From positions 1,550,001 through 1,614,000 of the forward strand of contig BQFW01000011.1 of assembly GCA_020891255.1 (NCBI GenBank): DNA of 64,000 nucleotides, written 5' to 3'. A program made the translations under genes and the position numbers. Shown piece after piece: positions 50,001-63,242 of this stretch (within the stretch, counting starts at the first letter, position 1; every line of letters begins with the position of its first letter). Below the pieces are notes generated by a model, which worked only from the letters and a program-made list of their open reading frames with translations, made no database searches and had not been told where the DNA came from. The DNA is from Entomortierella parvispora E1425 (lineage: Eukaryota; Fungi; Mortierellomycota).

Positions 50001-53000
50001 AACAAGAGTGTCCGCAATGTCATTCAGTACAACAACCAGCACTCCGACTTCCCCATGAGTCCTGAGCAGCTTGATAGCTATATCTCTAAGCGTCTTGTGT
50101 TCTCCACAATCTGGAGTTTTGCTGGAGATGCCAAGCTTGAGCTCCGCACTCGTCTCGGAGAGTTTGTGAGAGGCATTACCACTATCGATCTTCCTCAAAT
50201 CGCTAACATGTCGATCATTGACTTTGATGTGAACATCAACTCTGGCGACTGGGTCCCATGGCAGTCCAAGGTTCCAATGATCGAGATCGAGACTCATACT
50301 GTTGCCGAAGCCGATGTTGTTATTCCTACCGTGGACACAGTCCGCCACGAGGAGGTCCTTTACTCGTGGCTCTCAGAGCACAAGCCTCTCATTTTGTGCG
50401 GTCCCCCAGGTTCAGGAAAGACCATGACTCTGTTCAGTGCCCTCCGCAAGCTCCCCGAGATGGAGGTCGTCGGTCTCAATTTCTCCAGTGCTACTACTCC
50501 CGAGTTGATCCTCAAGACTCTCGAGCAGTACTGCGAGTACCGCAAGACGCCCAATGGCGTTCTCTTATCCCCCGTGCTTTTGGGACGTTGGCTTGTTGTC
50601 TTCTGTGATGAAATCAATTTGCCGTCCATGGACAAGTATGGCACCCAGCGTGTTATTTCGTTCATGCGTCAATTGGTCGAATGCGGTGGATTCTGGAGAA
50701 CGACGGACAAGTCCTGGGTTAAGCTGGAGCGTATTCAATTTGTTGGAGCCTGTAACCCTCCCACGGATCCTGGCCGTATTCCTCTGACACATCGATTCCT
50801 TCGCCATGTTCCCCTCGTCATGGTCGATTATCCCGGAGAGATTTCGCTCAAGCAGATTTACAGCACCTTCTGCCGTGCCATGCTCAAGGTTGTGCCATCT
50901 CTTCGAGCCTACTCGGAGCCCCTTACAGCAGCCATGGTGGAGCTGTACCTTTGCTCCCAGTCTCACTTTGTTCCCGAGATGCAGGCCCATTACATTTACA
51001 GTCCTCGTGAGTTGACTCGCTGGATGCGTGGTATCTTTGAGGCAATCAAACCCATGGAAACTCTTAATGTCGAAGGTTTGGTCCGCATTTGGGCTCATGA
51101 AGCTCTTCGTCTGTTCCAGGATCGTCTGGTGACTGAGGAAGAACGCCAATGGACGGATAACGAGATTGACAGGATCGCCATGAAGCACTTCCCAACTATT
51201 GATCGCGAGCAGGCCTTGGGTCGCCCTATCCTGTACTCCAACTGGTTGTCCAAGTACTACGTTCCTGTGGATCGCGAGGAGCTGAGAGACTATGCCAAGG
51301 CTCGTCTGAAGGTGTTCTATGAGGAGGAGCTCGATGTGCCTCTGGCTCTCTTCAACGATGTCCTGGATCACGTCCTTCGCATCGACAGAGTGTTCAGACA
51401 GATGCAGGGACATATGCTGTTGATCGGAGTCAGTGGATCAGGAAAGACTACTCTTTCGCGCTTCGTTGCTTGGATGAACGGTCTCAGTGTTTTCCAGATC
51501 AAGGTCCACAACAAGTACTCTGCCGCTGACTTTGATGAGGATCTCAGAACTGTCCTTCGTCGCGCTGGTTGCAAGGGCGAGAAGGTCTGCTTTATCTTGG
51601 ACGAATCCAATGTCCTTGATTCTGGATTCCTGGAGAGAATGAACACCCTTTTGGCCAACGCTGAAGTTCCCGGTTTGTTTGAAGGCGACGAGTACTCTTC
51701 CCTTATGACTCAATGTAAGGAGGGTGCTCAGCGTGATGGTCTTATGTTGGACTCGAGCGAAGAACTCTACAAGTGGTTCACCCAGCAAGTCATGAAGAAC
51801 CTCCACGTAGTCTTCACCATGAACCCGCCCGAGGAGGGTCTCGCCTCCCGTGCCGCAACTTCCCCTGCCCTGTTCAACCGTTGTGTTCTGGACTGGTTTG
51901 GTGATTGGTCCGATCAGGCCTTCTTCCAAGTTGGTCAGGAATTCACGACCAGTTTGGATCTTGACCGTCCCAACTACAACCCTCCCCGCAACTTCCCAGC
52001 CGTATATAGAAACCTTCCAGCAACACCTTCGCATCGCCATGCGATTGTTAACGCGTTTGTTTACGTGCACCAGTCGTTGTACGAGGTCAATGCCAAGTTG
52101 AGCAAGAGGAACGGAAAGCGTGGCTATGTGACTCCTCGTCACTACCTTGATTTCATTCGCCACTACGTCCGACTTTACAATGAGAAGCGCGAGGATCTGG
52201 AGGAACAGCAGCGTCATCTGAACGTCGGCTTGGACAAGCTGAAGGACACTGTCGTCAAGGTGGAGGAGCTTCGAAAGAACTTGGCCATCAAGAAGAACGA
52301 ATTGGAGGTCAAGAACAGACAGGCTAACGAGAAGTTGCAAAAGATGGTCGCTGATCAGCAGGAGGCTGAGAAGAAGAAGGCGACTTCGATCGAGATCCAG
52401 GCTGCTTTGGAGGCTCAGAACCACGAGATTGCTCAGCGTACGGCTGTGGTCATGGCTGATCTGGCCAATGCAGAGCCCGCAGTTTTGGAAGCCCAGAAGG
52501 CTGTCACGGACATCAAGAAGCCCTTGCTGCAAGAAGTCCGTTCTATGAGTAACCCTCCACCTGCTGTCAAGATGGCCATGGAGTCTGTTTGTACCCTTTT
52601 GGGTAACCGTCTGGAGAGCTGGAGAACAGTGCAAAGTATCATCCGTCGCGAAGACTTTATCCAGAGCATTGTCAACTACGATACGGATCGACTCATGACC
52701 CCTGCTATGCGCGAGAGGATCAAGGCTGACTTCTTGAGTAACCCCAACTACAACTTTGAAACTGTGAACCATGCCTCTAAGGCCTGTGGTCCACTTGTCA
52801 AGTGGGTTATTGCCCAAGTCAACTACTCTGAGATTTTGGACCGCATTGGTCCCCTTCGTCAGGAGGTCCAGGAGCTCGAGTCCAGTGCTCAGATGACGGT
52901 TCTCAAGGCATCCAGCATTGAGAGGATGATTGAGGAGCTCGAGAACAGTATTGCTACCTACAAGGAGGAGTATGCTGTCCTGATTTCTGAGGTTGGATCA

Positions 53001-55775
53001 ATCAAGGGCGAGATGGAGCGTGTCAAGTCCAAGGTCGACCGCAGTGTTACCCTTCTGGAGTCTTTGTCTTCGGAGAAGGTTCGTTGGGAGGCTGGAAGTC
53101 ACTCTTTCGATACTCAGATGGCCACCACCGTCGGCGATGTTCTCTTGTCATCTGCCTTCTTGGCCTATGGTGGTTACTTTGACCAGCAATACCGTGAGCT
53201 CCTGTTCCACAAGTGGGCCGATCACCTTGCCAAGGCCGGCATTCAGTACAAGGCTGACATCTCCTTGTCAGAGTACCTTTCCACCGCAGATGACCGTCTT
53301 TCGTGGACTGAGCATGCCTTGCCCGCCGATGACCTTTGTGTGGAGAACGCTATTATCTTGGAGCGTTTCAACAGATACCCCTTGATCATCGATCCTTCTG
53401 GTCAGGCCACGACGTTCTTGATGAACGAGTACAAGGATCGCAAGATCACGGTCACCAGTTTCTTGGACGACTCCTTCCTCAAGAACTTGGAGAGTGCTTT
53501 GCGATTCGGAAACCCTCTTTTGATTCAGGATGTGGAGCATTTGGATCCTATCATGAATCCAGTTCTCAACAAGGAGCTTCGACGCACTGGAGGTCGTGTC
53601 TTGATTCGCCTCGGCAACCAGGACATTGATTTCTCGCCCGCCTTCACCCTTTTCCTGTCGACTCGCGATCCTTCGGTCAGCTTCCCTCCTGATGTCTGCT
53701 CTCGAGTCTCGTTTGTCAACTTTACGGTGACACGTGGAAGTCTTCAGAGTCAGTGTTTGAGCAAGGTCCTCAAGGCCGAGAGACCAGATGTGGACCGTCG
53801 TCGTACTGATTTGATCAAGCTGCAGGGTGAATTCAAGGTGAAGCTGCGTCGTTTGGAGAAGTCGCTGTTGCAGGCATTGAACGAGTCCAAGGGTAACATC
53901 TTGGATGACGACAAGGTCATTGGCACTCTGGAGACTTTGAAGCGTGAGGCCGCCGATGTGACACGCAAGGTCGAAGAGACGGACGGAGTCATGCAGGAAG
54001 TCGAGCAGACCACGGCCATTTACACTCCCTTGGCGCACTCTTGCAGTTCCATCTTCTTTGTGATGGAGCAGCTGAACCGTCTGCACCACTTCTACCAGTT
54101 CTCTTTGGACTTTTTCTCTGATATTTTCAACTATGTCCTCCATGAGAATCCAGAGTTGAACGGAGTGAAGGATCATGGACAACGTTTGGAGATTTTGACC
54201 CGCGATCTTTTCAAGGTCTCGTACAGGAGAGCAAGCCGTGCCCTGTTGCACGATGACTACATTACGTTCGCGATGCTCTTGTCCCAGATCAAGATTAGAG
54301 GATCCGGTTCTCAGTCGGATGAGGCCGAGTATGATTTCTTGCTCAGCCAAGAGTCCAACCCCGTGGGAGAGATCCAGGCCGAGTTTACCGAGGAGCAGAG
54401 ACAGACGAGGATGCAGGAATTCTCAAAGTTGGCCTCTTTCAAGGGCATGCCCGATCATATCGCCAATAACCCCGAGGAGTGGTCCAAGGTCTGGAGTGAG
54501 GCAGCTGCAGAGGCTCATGTGCCCATCTTCTGGGAGTCTTCCGACAATAATGGTAATTATCTTGGATTTTTTTCATTTAATTTTTGGTAAATCTGTGATG
54601 GTCATTAACTTTATTCCTTTCTCTTCCTCGTATTATGCAACATCGCAGTCATCAACGAATTCAAGAAGTTGCTCGTGATCAAGTGCTTCCGCCCCGACCG
54701 CCTGCTGATGGCGACCTCGAAGTATGTGGATCAAGTGTTCACGCCCAACTTTGTGGGCCAGTCTGATCTGGACTTTGCCAAGCTGGTGGAAGACGAAGTC
54801 AAGGCCTCAACGCCCATTTCCCTGTGCTCTGTTCCTGGACACGATGCCGCTTACCGCGTGGACAACTTGGCTCAGGAGCAAGGAGTTCGACTGGCCTCGA
54901 TTGCCATGGGATCTCAAGAAGGTTTGACTTTGGCTGACCAGGCGATTGCGATGGCGACCAAGACTGGTAACTGGGTCTTGCTCAAGAACGTGCACCTGGC
55001 CTTGCAATGGCTTGGACAACTCGATAAGCGTCTCCACAGTTTGAAGGCCCACCCCAACTTCAGATTGTTCTTGACCATGGAGACCAACCCCAAGGTGCCC
55101 GTGAACTTGCTCCGATTGTCGCGTGTACTCATGTTTGAGCCTCAGCCCGGTATCAAGGCCAACTTGCAGGAATCTCTCCGCAGCATCCCTGCGGCGCGTT
55201 TGGCCAAGGGTCCTACGGAACGGGTTCGTCTGTACTTTATGGTCGCTTGGTTGCATGCTGTCGTCTTGGAGCGTCTCCGCTATGTTCCTTTGGGCTGGAC
55301 CAAGGCCTACGAGTTTAACGATTCGGATCAGGACTGTGCATTGAGCACGATCGACAACTGGCTGGACACCGTGGGTGCCGGCCGAGCCAATGTCTCGCCC
55401 GACAGGATTCCTTGGGACGCCATCAGGACTTTGTTGAGCCAGTCGGTGTATGGTGGCCGAGTCGACAGTGAGCACGATCAGGCATTGCTCGAGAGCTTTG
55501 TGAACTCGTTCTTCAAGGCCGAGTGCTACGATTTGAACTTCAAGTTGGTGGAGGCGACAGGACCAAACGATCCCGGACTGGTCTCACCCGAGGGTACAAA
55601 GATGTCCCAGTTCTTGGATTGGGTCAATGAGTTGCCCGCGCGTGAGCCTCCCACTTGGTTGAGACTGCCCCCGACGGCTGAGCGTGTCCTTTCCACTCAC
55701 AAGGCCATCACGATGCTCTCCAAGGTCAAGAAGATCAAGAGTCTGGTCGACGATGATGACGACGATGATTTGTAA
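41086..55775 (+). CDS. DYN1: Cytoplasmic dynein 1 heavy chain, 14 exons, ~4370 aa
   Basis: Tail ([31 protein letters not shown]); four P-loops [32 protein letters not shown]; stalk/MTBD (EVRSMSNPP); AAA5/6 ([16 protein letters not shown]). Thirteen GT-AG introns; stop TAA at 55773-75. Confidence 0.98.
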
Positions 55776-55985
55776 ACGAACGACAGTATCCCCAATGATG
55801 AAGCGAATGACTGATGACATTAGTTTTTGACGGGTCGAATATCAGTATCATTTATTTGTGGTATCGGGGAGGAGAAAGAAGAAATAAAAAAAAATGAAAT
55901 TGAAAAACAAAAAAAAAAAAAACACCCAAGAAACTGAGGCCTACTGCCCTTCACAGAAAACTGCGCTCTATCGCTTTCCTGCTCT

Positions 55986-57973
55986 TTAAATAAGTTGCCA
56001 TCTCGCCCATTCTGATCGAGCGTCGGATCTTCCGTCTCTGCGAACCCCCTGGACCCAGAACCAAACCCCATTGCCACTGCTATTTGGAGGCGACTTTTGA
56101 GCTGGACTGGACTCTGTGGCCTGCGGCTGTTGTTGTTGCTGTTGCTGATGCAGCTGTTCCTGTTCTTGCAGAGATTGACTTTCCTTCTGTCGGGCATTTT
56201 GGAGATTAGCCCGCAACGCGTCAGGGTTCAATCCATCAATCAGGATCTTTAGATTCGAGATTCGGTACTGGTTTGTGAAAGCGGTGCCCAAGAATTGGAA
56301 ATGCTCTCCACTCGACGGATCATTGCCGCAGCCTCCAACGCTGCCTGGAAGCGATGAGATGGAGGGAGGGAGAGGATGAGAACTGCCCACCTTGGTCGAG
56401 ATATAAATACAGAAATGGCTGTAATCTGCGGTCGGCGTGCTCAACTCGTCCGCTGGACAGTACAAGGAAGAGGACGAAGACAAGGCCAAGGACGAGCTCG
56501 AATGCGGTGACATGAGCTCCTCCTCTCCTGGGGGCACGATGGGGAAGCCAATGTCCCATGACAAAGTCGAAGAGATCCGCAGCCGGGTCTTGACGGGGTG
56601 AGGCAGACGAATCGTAGAGCCGTCAGCAGGAGACGGTAAAGACACGGATGCTGACGGAGCAGGGAACGAATCCGAGATTCCTTGCTCGCGTGCAGGAGGA
56701 GGAATCAAGGAGGAATCTGGTCTTTCCACGATAATAACATGGTTATCATCGCCCTTCAAGCCCTGAACACTCGATCCACGATAGTGAGCACTCCATGTCG
56801 GGACAAGTGCCAATGAACCCAAGATGACCAGAGGTCGGGTCGATGCGCTTGAAGGTGGTTGAAGCCCACGGGGTGACTTGTCGCTACACTCCTCTCCTCC
56901 CAAGATATCATCCTCCTTGCGCTTTTCGCTTTCAAAAGTCAAGGTCACGCCAAGCTGCGAGAGGATGATGCTGGCAATATCCGGATCAGAGCCAGAATCA
57001 CCGTCGCTACCACGCTGCTCCCCATTCAATGCCAACAGAGTGGACAAGTGCAGAGTCAGTCGCTTCCAGCCATCGCCCATGGCCTCCACGGCATACACGG
57101 ACCCTTCGTCTCCTGGAGAGGGTGTCACCGCCACAAAGCTTCCGACAGGCTCCGATCCATAGGAGGGGTCATCCAAGGTCACCACCGCGAGCAGGCCTGT
57201 AGACTCGGACGCATCGGCTAAAGACAGGTGCCTCTGCGTAAACTGAGCGAGACTCGATGCGGCATCCTCCACCTCCTCATCCTCGCCCAGATCCACTTGC
57301 TCGATGACTTCCAAATCCAGTTCCCCGAAGGATGAAGCACGACGGTTGCGTTGCTGGGGTTGCTTAATATCTGGATGCAAAAGTGACCAGAGCTCCGTCT
57401 CGGTCACCTTTCGAGTCTCCATAGCAGATGCTTGCTGCCAGACGCTCCTTCCTCCGCTGTTTGTGGCCAAAATGCCAAGATGGATACCGACTTGCACATC
57501 GTCTTGTAAAGGTTTGAACATCAGTTCGATTGTAGAGTTTTGAGCTGCCCACAGTGATATTTGAGTGTCGAACAACGGAACCAAGACGGAATTCGATCTG
57601 GTTGTCGACAACTCGATCCCGGGGAGTGGATAGACACCTTTGGGTGGAGAGGGTGGCGCTGGCTCCGAAGGCTCAGGTTGCGGTGGCTGTGGGGCTGGCG
57701 ACGGCGTGTCGGGGTCGGTGGGAATTTTGGGCGGTGGGATGGGCATGGGGAGGGTGGGCGGGAAGGGTCTTTCGTCGCTCAATGAAAACTCTTGAATGAC
57801 CACAGACGATCCGCCATTGTAGGCGTCTTCAGGAGATACTATCCAGCGGATTCCTTTGGTCGGCACAGCTTTCAAGCCGATATTGTCTTTCAACAGATAG
57901 ACCTCCTTGTTCATATTTGGCGAAAGCGACTGATGAGAAAGCTTGGACCATGGCTTCTCGGATACTTTCTATT

Positions 57974-58006
<33 letters not shown>

Positions 58007-59649
58007 GTTAGAACCCGTATCAATCTACGACGACCATTGAACAAGAGCCCGGCAGATGAAAAGTCCATTGAACCCATTACCTTTCCTTGGTTCCAGAACC
58101 CTTTTCCAAACCCACGATCGAAATCAGTGTAAAACCAAGACGAGCATCCAGAGGGCCGCGCAGGAATGTAGGCAGAGATTGGCAAAAAGGCTCTTTCTTC
58201 TTCTCCGCCCTCGCCGCCCCAGTATCCGCCATTTTCCTCCACTGCCCGCTGGAGGTGACCACGAAGACTGTTCAGAAGAATAGACGCGTTGCTTTTGTCG
58301 CCCCCAATGCCACCCGCGGTGCCCAAGCTCTCAGCATGGATGCCTGCTCCTGAATAGCCTGTCCAAAAGAGTCGATCGTTTGTCATGAAGTCGTCCTTCT
58401 TCAAAGACTCATAAGTCCAAGCTGGGGCAAAGATGGCACACGATGTTCCTTCTCGCTGAATGACCTCCAATGCTTTGTATGTCATGTAGCCGCCTCCACC
58501 AAAAGTGTGTCGGCCCCAAATATCTATTCCAGTGTAAACGTCTCTGACACGACCCCCCGCCAGTGCTACTGATTCGCCAACAGAATTTTCTTTCCAAGTG
58601 TAATTTGTAAAGAGACCTTTTTTTTGAGGGGGGGGGGGGGGAAGAAAGAAAGGGGACATGCAGTCCATTGTTAGACCCCTGTCGGCTGATGCTCTCTTGA
58701 AAAATGTAAATCATGCTCGTGCTCCTTACCGTCCGACTGCTCGAAGAACCGATAGTTGTTCACACTCAACTTGTCTTGCCAGGCCACTTCACCAGTTGTC
58801 GAGATGACGCTATCATACCAAATCAATTCCCCGCCTGGGATCTTTGCATGAATCTGCTGGCGAAGGTACCTCAAAAACGCAATCAGTTGATTTGCTTGGA
58901 TGCCTCCGCCTCGTAGGATGCTCTCGATGTTGATGAACCATCCATCGAATCCATAATAGACCGCCATAGCGACCAATTTGTCGGCATACGTCCTGCTGAA
59001 CCACCTTCGATCCACAGGGTCGTTTTCGGGATTGTCCTCGTCCACTAGAGTGGAACAAGGTCCAGTCACCATCTCATCTGTCTCAAGAATGCCCTCTAAC
59101 CATTCTGTGATGATGGTGCCGAGACATCGAACCCCGTTCCTGTGCGCTGCGTTGGTCCAGACCACTGGCGGGATGGAGATGCGACTATGGGAGAAGTAGA
59201 TAAAGGTGTCGATATGACTCCAATACTGGATACTGTAGATAGAACTCTCGTCGTTTCCTTGAGGCAGGTTGTCCTCCTTATAACCTGAAGAAGAAAATAA
59301 AGATGTAGAAACCCAGAAAGGGTCAATGAACCTTGTTTTGCTTGGAGCCAATGTTCTCACGGCCATTTTTTTTTTTTTTTTTACCTCCTGCCATATCATG
59401 GCACACGATGACCTTGCAGTCCTTTAGATTCGAGCGAGCTCTTCCCGAGGACGACGATAACGGTTCTTGAGTGAGATCGTCTGGATTGGAAGGCGGCTGC
59501 CGCATCCCTCGGTCCAGCGTTGGGGGTCGTTTGTGGAGAGGAGTGTTGGAAACATTGTACGGGTCCTGTCCGGGCTGCCAGGCTAAAAGGTCCTTGAAGC
59601 TACGCAGAGGCTGACTCTTGGGGATGGTTGTGTCTGGGATAGACACCAT
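55986..59649 (-). CDS. Cytosolic endo-beta-N-acetylglucosaminidase (GH85, ENGase)
   Basis: CHDMAG|GYKED, WSHIDTFIYFSH, AAHRNGVRCLGTIITEW, YYGFDGWFINIE (catalytic), WYDSVI, G|LFTNYTW, YTGIDIWGR, SCAIFAPAWTYE, AYNGGSS. Four exons. Confidence 0.95.
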
Positions 59650-60838
59650 TTTTTTTTTCTTTGTCTTGGACTCTGAACGATTGTCCGTGTAGGTGAATGA
59701 GATGAGATGGGATGGGATGATTTAATGTGGGAAAAGAGGTGCATGCTTGATGGACAATGCTCCTGTCCCCAGCAGCTATTCGTCCAATCTGTCTGTGTCA
59801 CGCTCTGACGCGTCCACAACTCTGGTATTGAACTCCTTTATTTTTGGTTCAGTGCGACTATGGATCTCTGGCCTGCTCTCAGTCAACTTGTCCCTCTTGC
59901 TCAAGAGAGGACAAGCTGTGCAGGGCGCGCCAACGACCAGGCGACAGGCCATCGCACTCCAATAATAGTTCATGTCCACAGGAGATGGTTGCCAAACATA
60001 TATGACATTGCTGCCAATAAAAGACCTGTCAAGTACGGACATTGCTGCCAGTAAAAGACCTGTAGTAGACTCAGCTCTATTGACGATAACCCCACTTGCT
60101 TACAAACCTGCGGTGTAGTGGTTCCACAACAGAGGTCGCTGCACTGGAAGTATCCCTGCCCCAACCCCTCCTTACAATGCCACAAACACCAAGGCAAACT
60201 CACACGGAGGCCCTGTCCCATTCCGCCATGTCTCCAAGAGACGTACAAGCTGCAGTAGTGTCAGGGAATGGAGGGGAACCACTCTTCTAATGTCCTCACA
60301 ACCGGTACTTCTCTTTTCCAAGTGTCCAGAGGGGCGAAAATCCTCCCGGGTTCCTGCACCGGGAACGTTGTTGAAGCGGTTGAAAAGGCCGCGTCTCTTG
60401 CCACATGACGGGTATGGGGGCTCAATGAACAACAACACAACAACAGTCGGTTTGTATCTCCCTGGGGTGGCTGCCTCTCAGCACGAGATACTTGCCAGGC
60501 TACGGTGGGCATCCCAATGGCAACGGTATATAGAAGAGGAGGAACAACGAAAGGCGCGATCATTTTAACTTGGCACTGGCCACCATTGGCCGCCAGAACA
60601 CAAGCCACCCAGACTGGAATCGTCACGTGTATATTTAATTAAGGGTACACCATGGCATGGTGCCGTGGGTTCTTCGAGCTCACGGTAGATGTCTTCGTAT
60701 TGTCCTTGCGATATTAACAATCCGACGGCAGCATGGGGCTGCATTTTCAATTTTCTCATTATGCTTTATTTCACGCGACTTTCCTGGACTGTTGGGGTAG
60801 GTTTTTTTCATTCAAACAGTCGTTGTGTCCTGCACACC

Positions 60839-62507
60839 TCATTTTTTCTTGAGCGTTCCCGACTTTTTCGTTGTTCCAGTGTTAACAACCTATGATCCGA
60901 TCAGGTATGCAGATGTCAATAAACCACCCATAAATCTACATGGTCCGTCAAGATGTCTGGAGACTGAGAGTAAATACGAACCTTCCGGATCAGGCTGAGA
61001 TCTTCCATTGCGTCGGAATCTGCTGCCAACCACTTGGCAGCTGGCGGTTGTGCCGTCTTGCGTTTTGAGTTTTTAGTTCCGATCTCTGCCTCCTGTCCTC
61101 TCTTCCTCAGCTTTCGGGTTTGGTGTGCCCTTGTCGTTGGCTCGAGCGCAAAGTCTGTAGGCATTCAAAATAAAAAAAGAGGAGATTAGTACCTTTTTTA
61201 AATAAATAAAAAAAAAAATCGCAGAATTGTTTGTTACCGTTTGTGATGTCCAAGTTTTCCTTGTCTTCTCGAAGCACTCTTCGCTTGCTATCAATGACGG
61301 CCAACATTTTTTCCCTCAGGCCTTCGCGCTCACCCTAAAATCAATAAAGCAGACAGGGGACTTAATTCATGCATTCCGCAAACACTCGTGATTATCAAAG
61401 ACTCTCACAGAACTAGCTTCTCTACTTACCATGTATTCCTCTTCCGCAAGCTCCGTCTCCAGGCGATAGGCTTGCTGAGCGCATTCAAACTGATAGTCAC
61501 GGTATAGTCGGGCGTTTGCAATTGTAATCTCCCGAGCCTCGGCTAAATCTTCCAGCTGGTCATGGAAATCGGGATGAACACCTGGAAGTTGATATCAACA
61601 GAGAGGTTAGACTCATAGATTCCACTACTCCTGTTTGCAGGACAAGTATACAACAGACATACCATTCAAGATGGCGCTCATCTCCTCCTTGTATCTGGCC
61701 ATCTGGTATTGGAAAATCCTATTTTTTTTTTTTTTTTGGAGAGACATGAAAATTTAATGTTACCGTGAGATCAGCCTGTACTCGACGCAATTGCTCACAG
61801 GAACATATCGAAACATCAATTGAAGCTATGTCCAACGTCCTTACGTTTGCTTGTTCTCTTCGAATTCAAGCTCCAACTTCTGTAGTCGATCCTGGAACTC
61901 TCTTCGTCTCTTGTCCTTCTTGTTCTCCTGTACCTCTACTGCCACTGTAAAATCCAGAGTTATGACATAGGTTTGAAGCGAAAAAAAGGTTGGCTTGTGA
62001 GAACATCATCCCTGTTTTGATTCCCTGTTTTGCATCCTGCTCGTACTGTGGATACGAACCATCTCCCTTACCATCTGATCCGCCATCAAAGTCCTCTCCA
62101 AGAAGGCTACGACCGTCTTCTTCGTCGTACTCCATGGCTCCGTCGAAAGCAGAATCGTGTTCATCCATCTCTGAAATGAATCCTCCTCCGGCAGTATATG
62201 AATCCTCGCTTTCTGAATGTGCTGCTAGAGCTGCTTCGTAAGAATGGTTTTTGTTCTTGGATGCTGATCCTTTGGACAAAACCTTGGTCGATGTTGATGT
62301 CCCTGTCTGCTTGCCGTGACTGGTTGGTTTGATGTCCTTTGAATTCGGTTGCCGATGGACCTTGGATGTAGCTGAGGGAGAAGAAGTTCTTTGTGAAATG
62401 GAAGGGGATGAATGAGAAGAGTGGCTGTGGTTATTGTTGCTCTTGTTGATATTGTGGTTGTTGCTGATGGAGTGTCTGGATTCAATTGTGGTCGAGGAGG
62501 AGAGCAT
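60839..62507 (-). CDS. Sds3/BRMS1/Dep1-family Sin3-HDAC complex subunit
   Basis: Spliced coiled coil KDKRRREFQDRLQKLELEFEENKQ..IFQYQMARYKEEMSAILN|GVHPDF..EEEYM|GEREGLREKM..KRRVLREDKENLDI; TRKLRKR; ends KKSGTLKKK* after a final small exon. Confidence 0.8.
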
Positions 62508-63242
62508 GGCTTCTCTTTTTGTTCGAGTCCACAGAATTTCAAGTGGTTGTCGGTCTCCTGACTATGTCTGAATAGGACGAGTACCTCTAGTTTGTATTAG
62601 CCTGGGTCGAGTCGAGACTAGAACAAAAGGTCAAAGTCGAGAGAGGAGAGGATGGGGCCGTTGTTGAATCCTGGTCGCGTTTGGTGAGGAGGGTTGTGGT
62701 AAAGAATGAAGGAGACCTTTGAAACGGAAGAATGAGTGGCTGGCTCAGTGGCCATTCTCTGCCTCTGGGCTCCAGGGATTTTCGTCACATGATTTATTCG
62801 CGTACGGCGGCGCGTTTTTTTTTTTCCCCCTTCGTCGTCGTCGTTTACCTCATATGCCTGAAAGGAATGAGGCAAGTTCCGCCTTTCCATGTGTTTCATG
62901 ATTTATAATTGCTCAGCTCTTGAAAGAACCTTGGTCTGCTTTCTCTTCTCGATGAAGATAATCCTGGAAAGACCTGGGAAATCTTGAGTGTGTTTGGAGC
63001 TGAATCATTGCATAAATAAGAAATGCTGTGCTGTACATCCGTGTCAGAGGCAAAGAAGAGTCAAGCGCCTTGGTTTATTGATATAGGTATGCCCTTTTCT
63101 GAAAAGAAATAGGGGAGGATGATTCAACATCAACTCTCTCTGTCTCTCCATCTCTGGAAATCAACTTTGCAGGGCTTGATTCTTGATTGGAACTGATGTT
63201 GACATATTCATAAATGTGTTCTGTCAAACGCCCCAAGTGAAC

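Noticed and set aside
43919-55475. Long antisense ORFs opposite dynein (296, 261, 282, 459, 360, 222 aa, etc.)
   Set aside because: These are shadow ORFs produced by the strong codon bias of the sense gene and carry no recognisable motifs.
62030-62075. Possible U12-type donor GTATCC in the Sds3-like gene
   Set aside because: It reads GTATCCAC rather than GTATCCTT and is in the wrong phase; the upstream GTAAGG donor restores the frame. No U12-type intron was found in the window.
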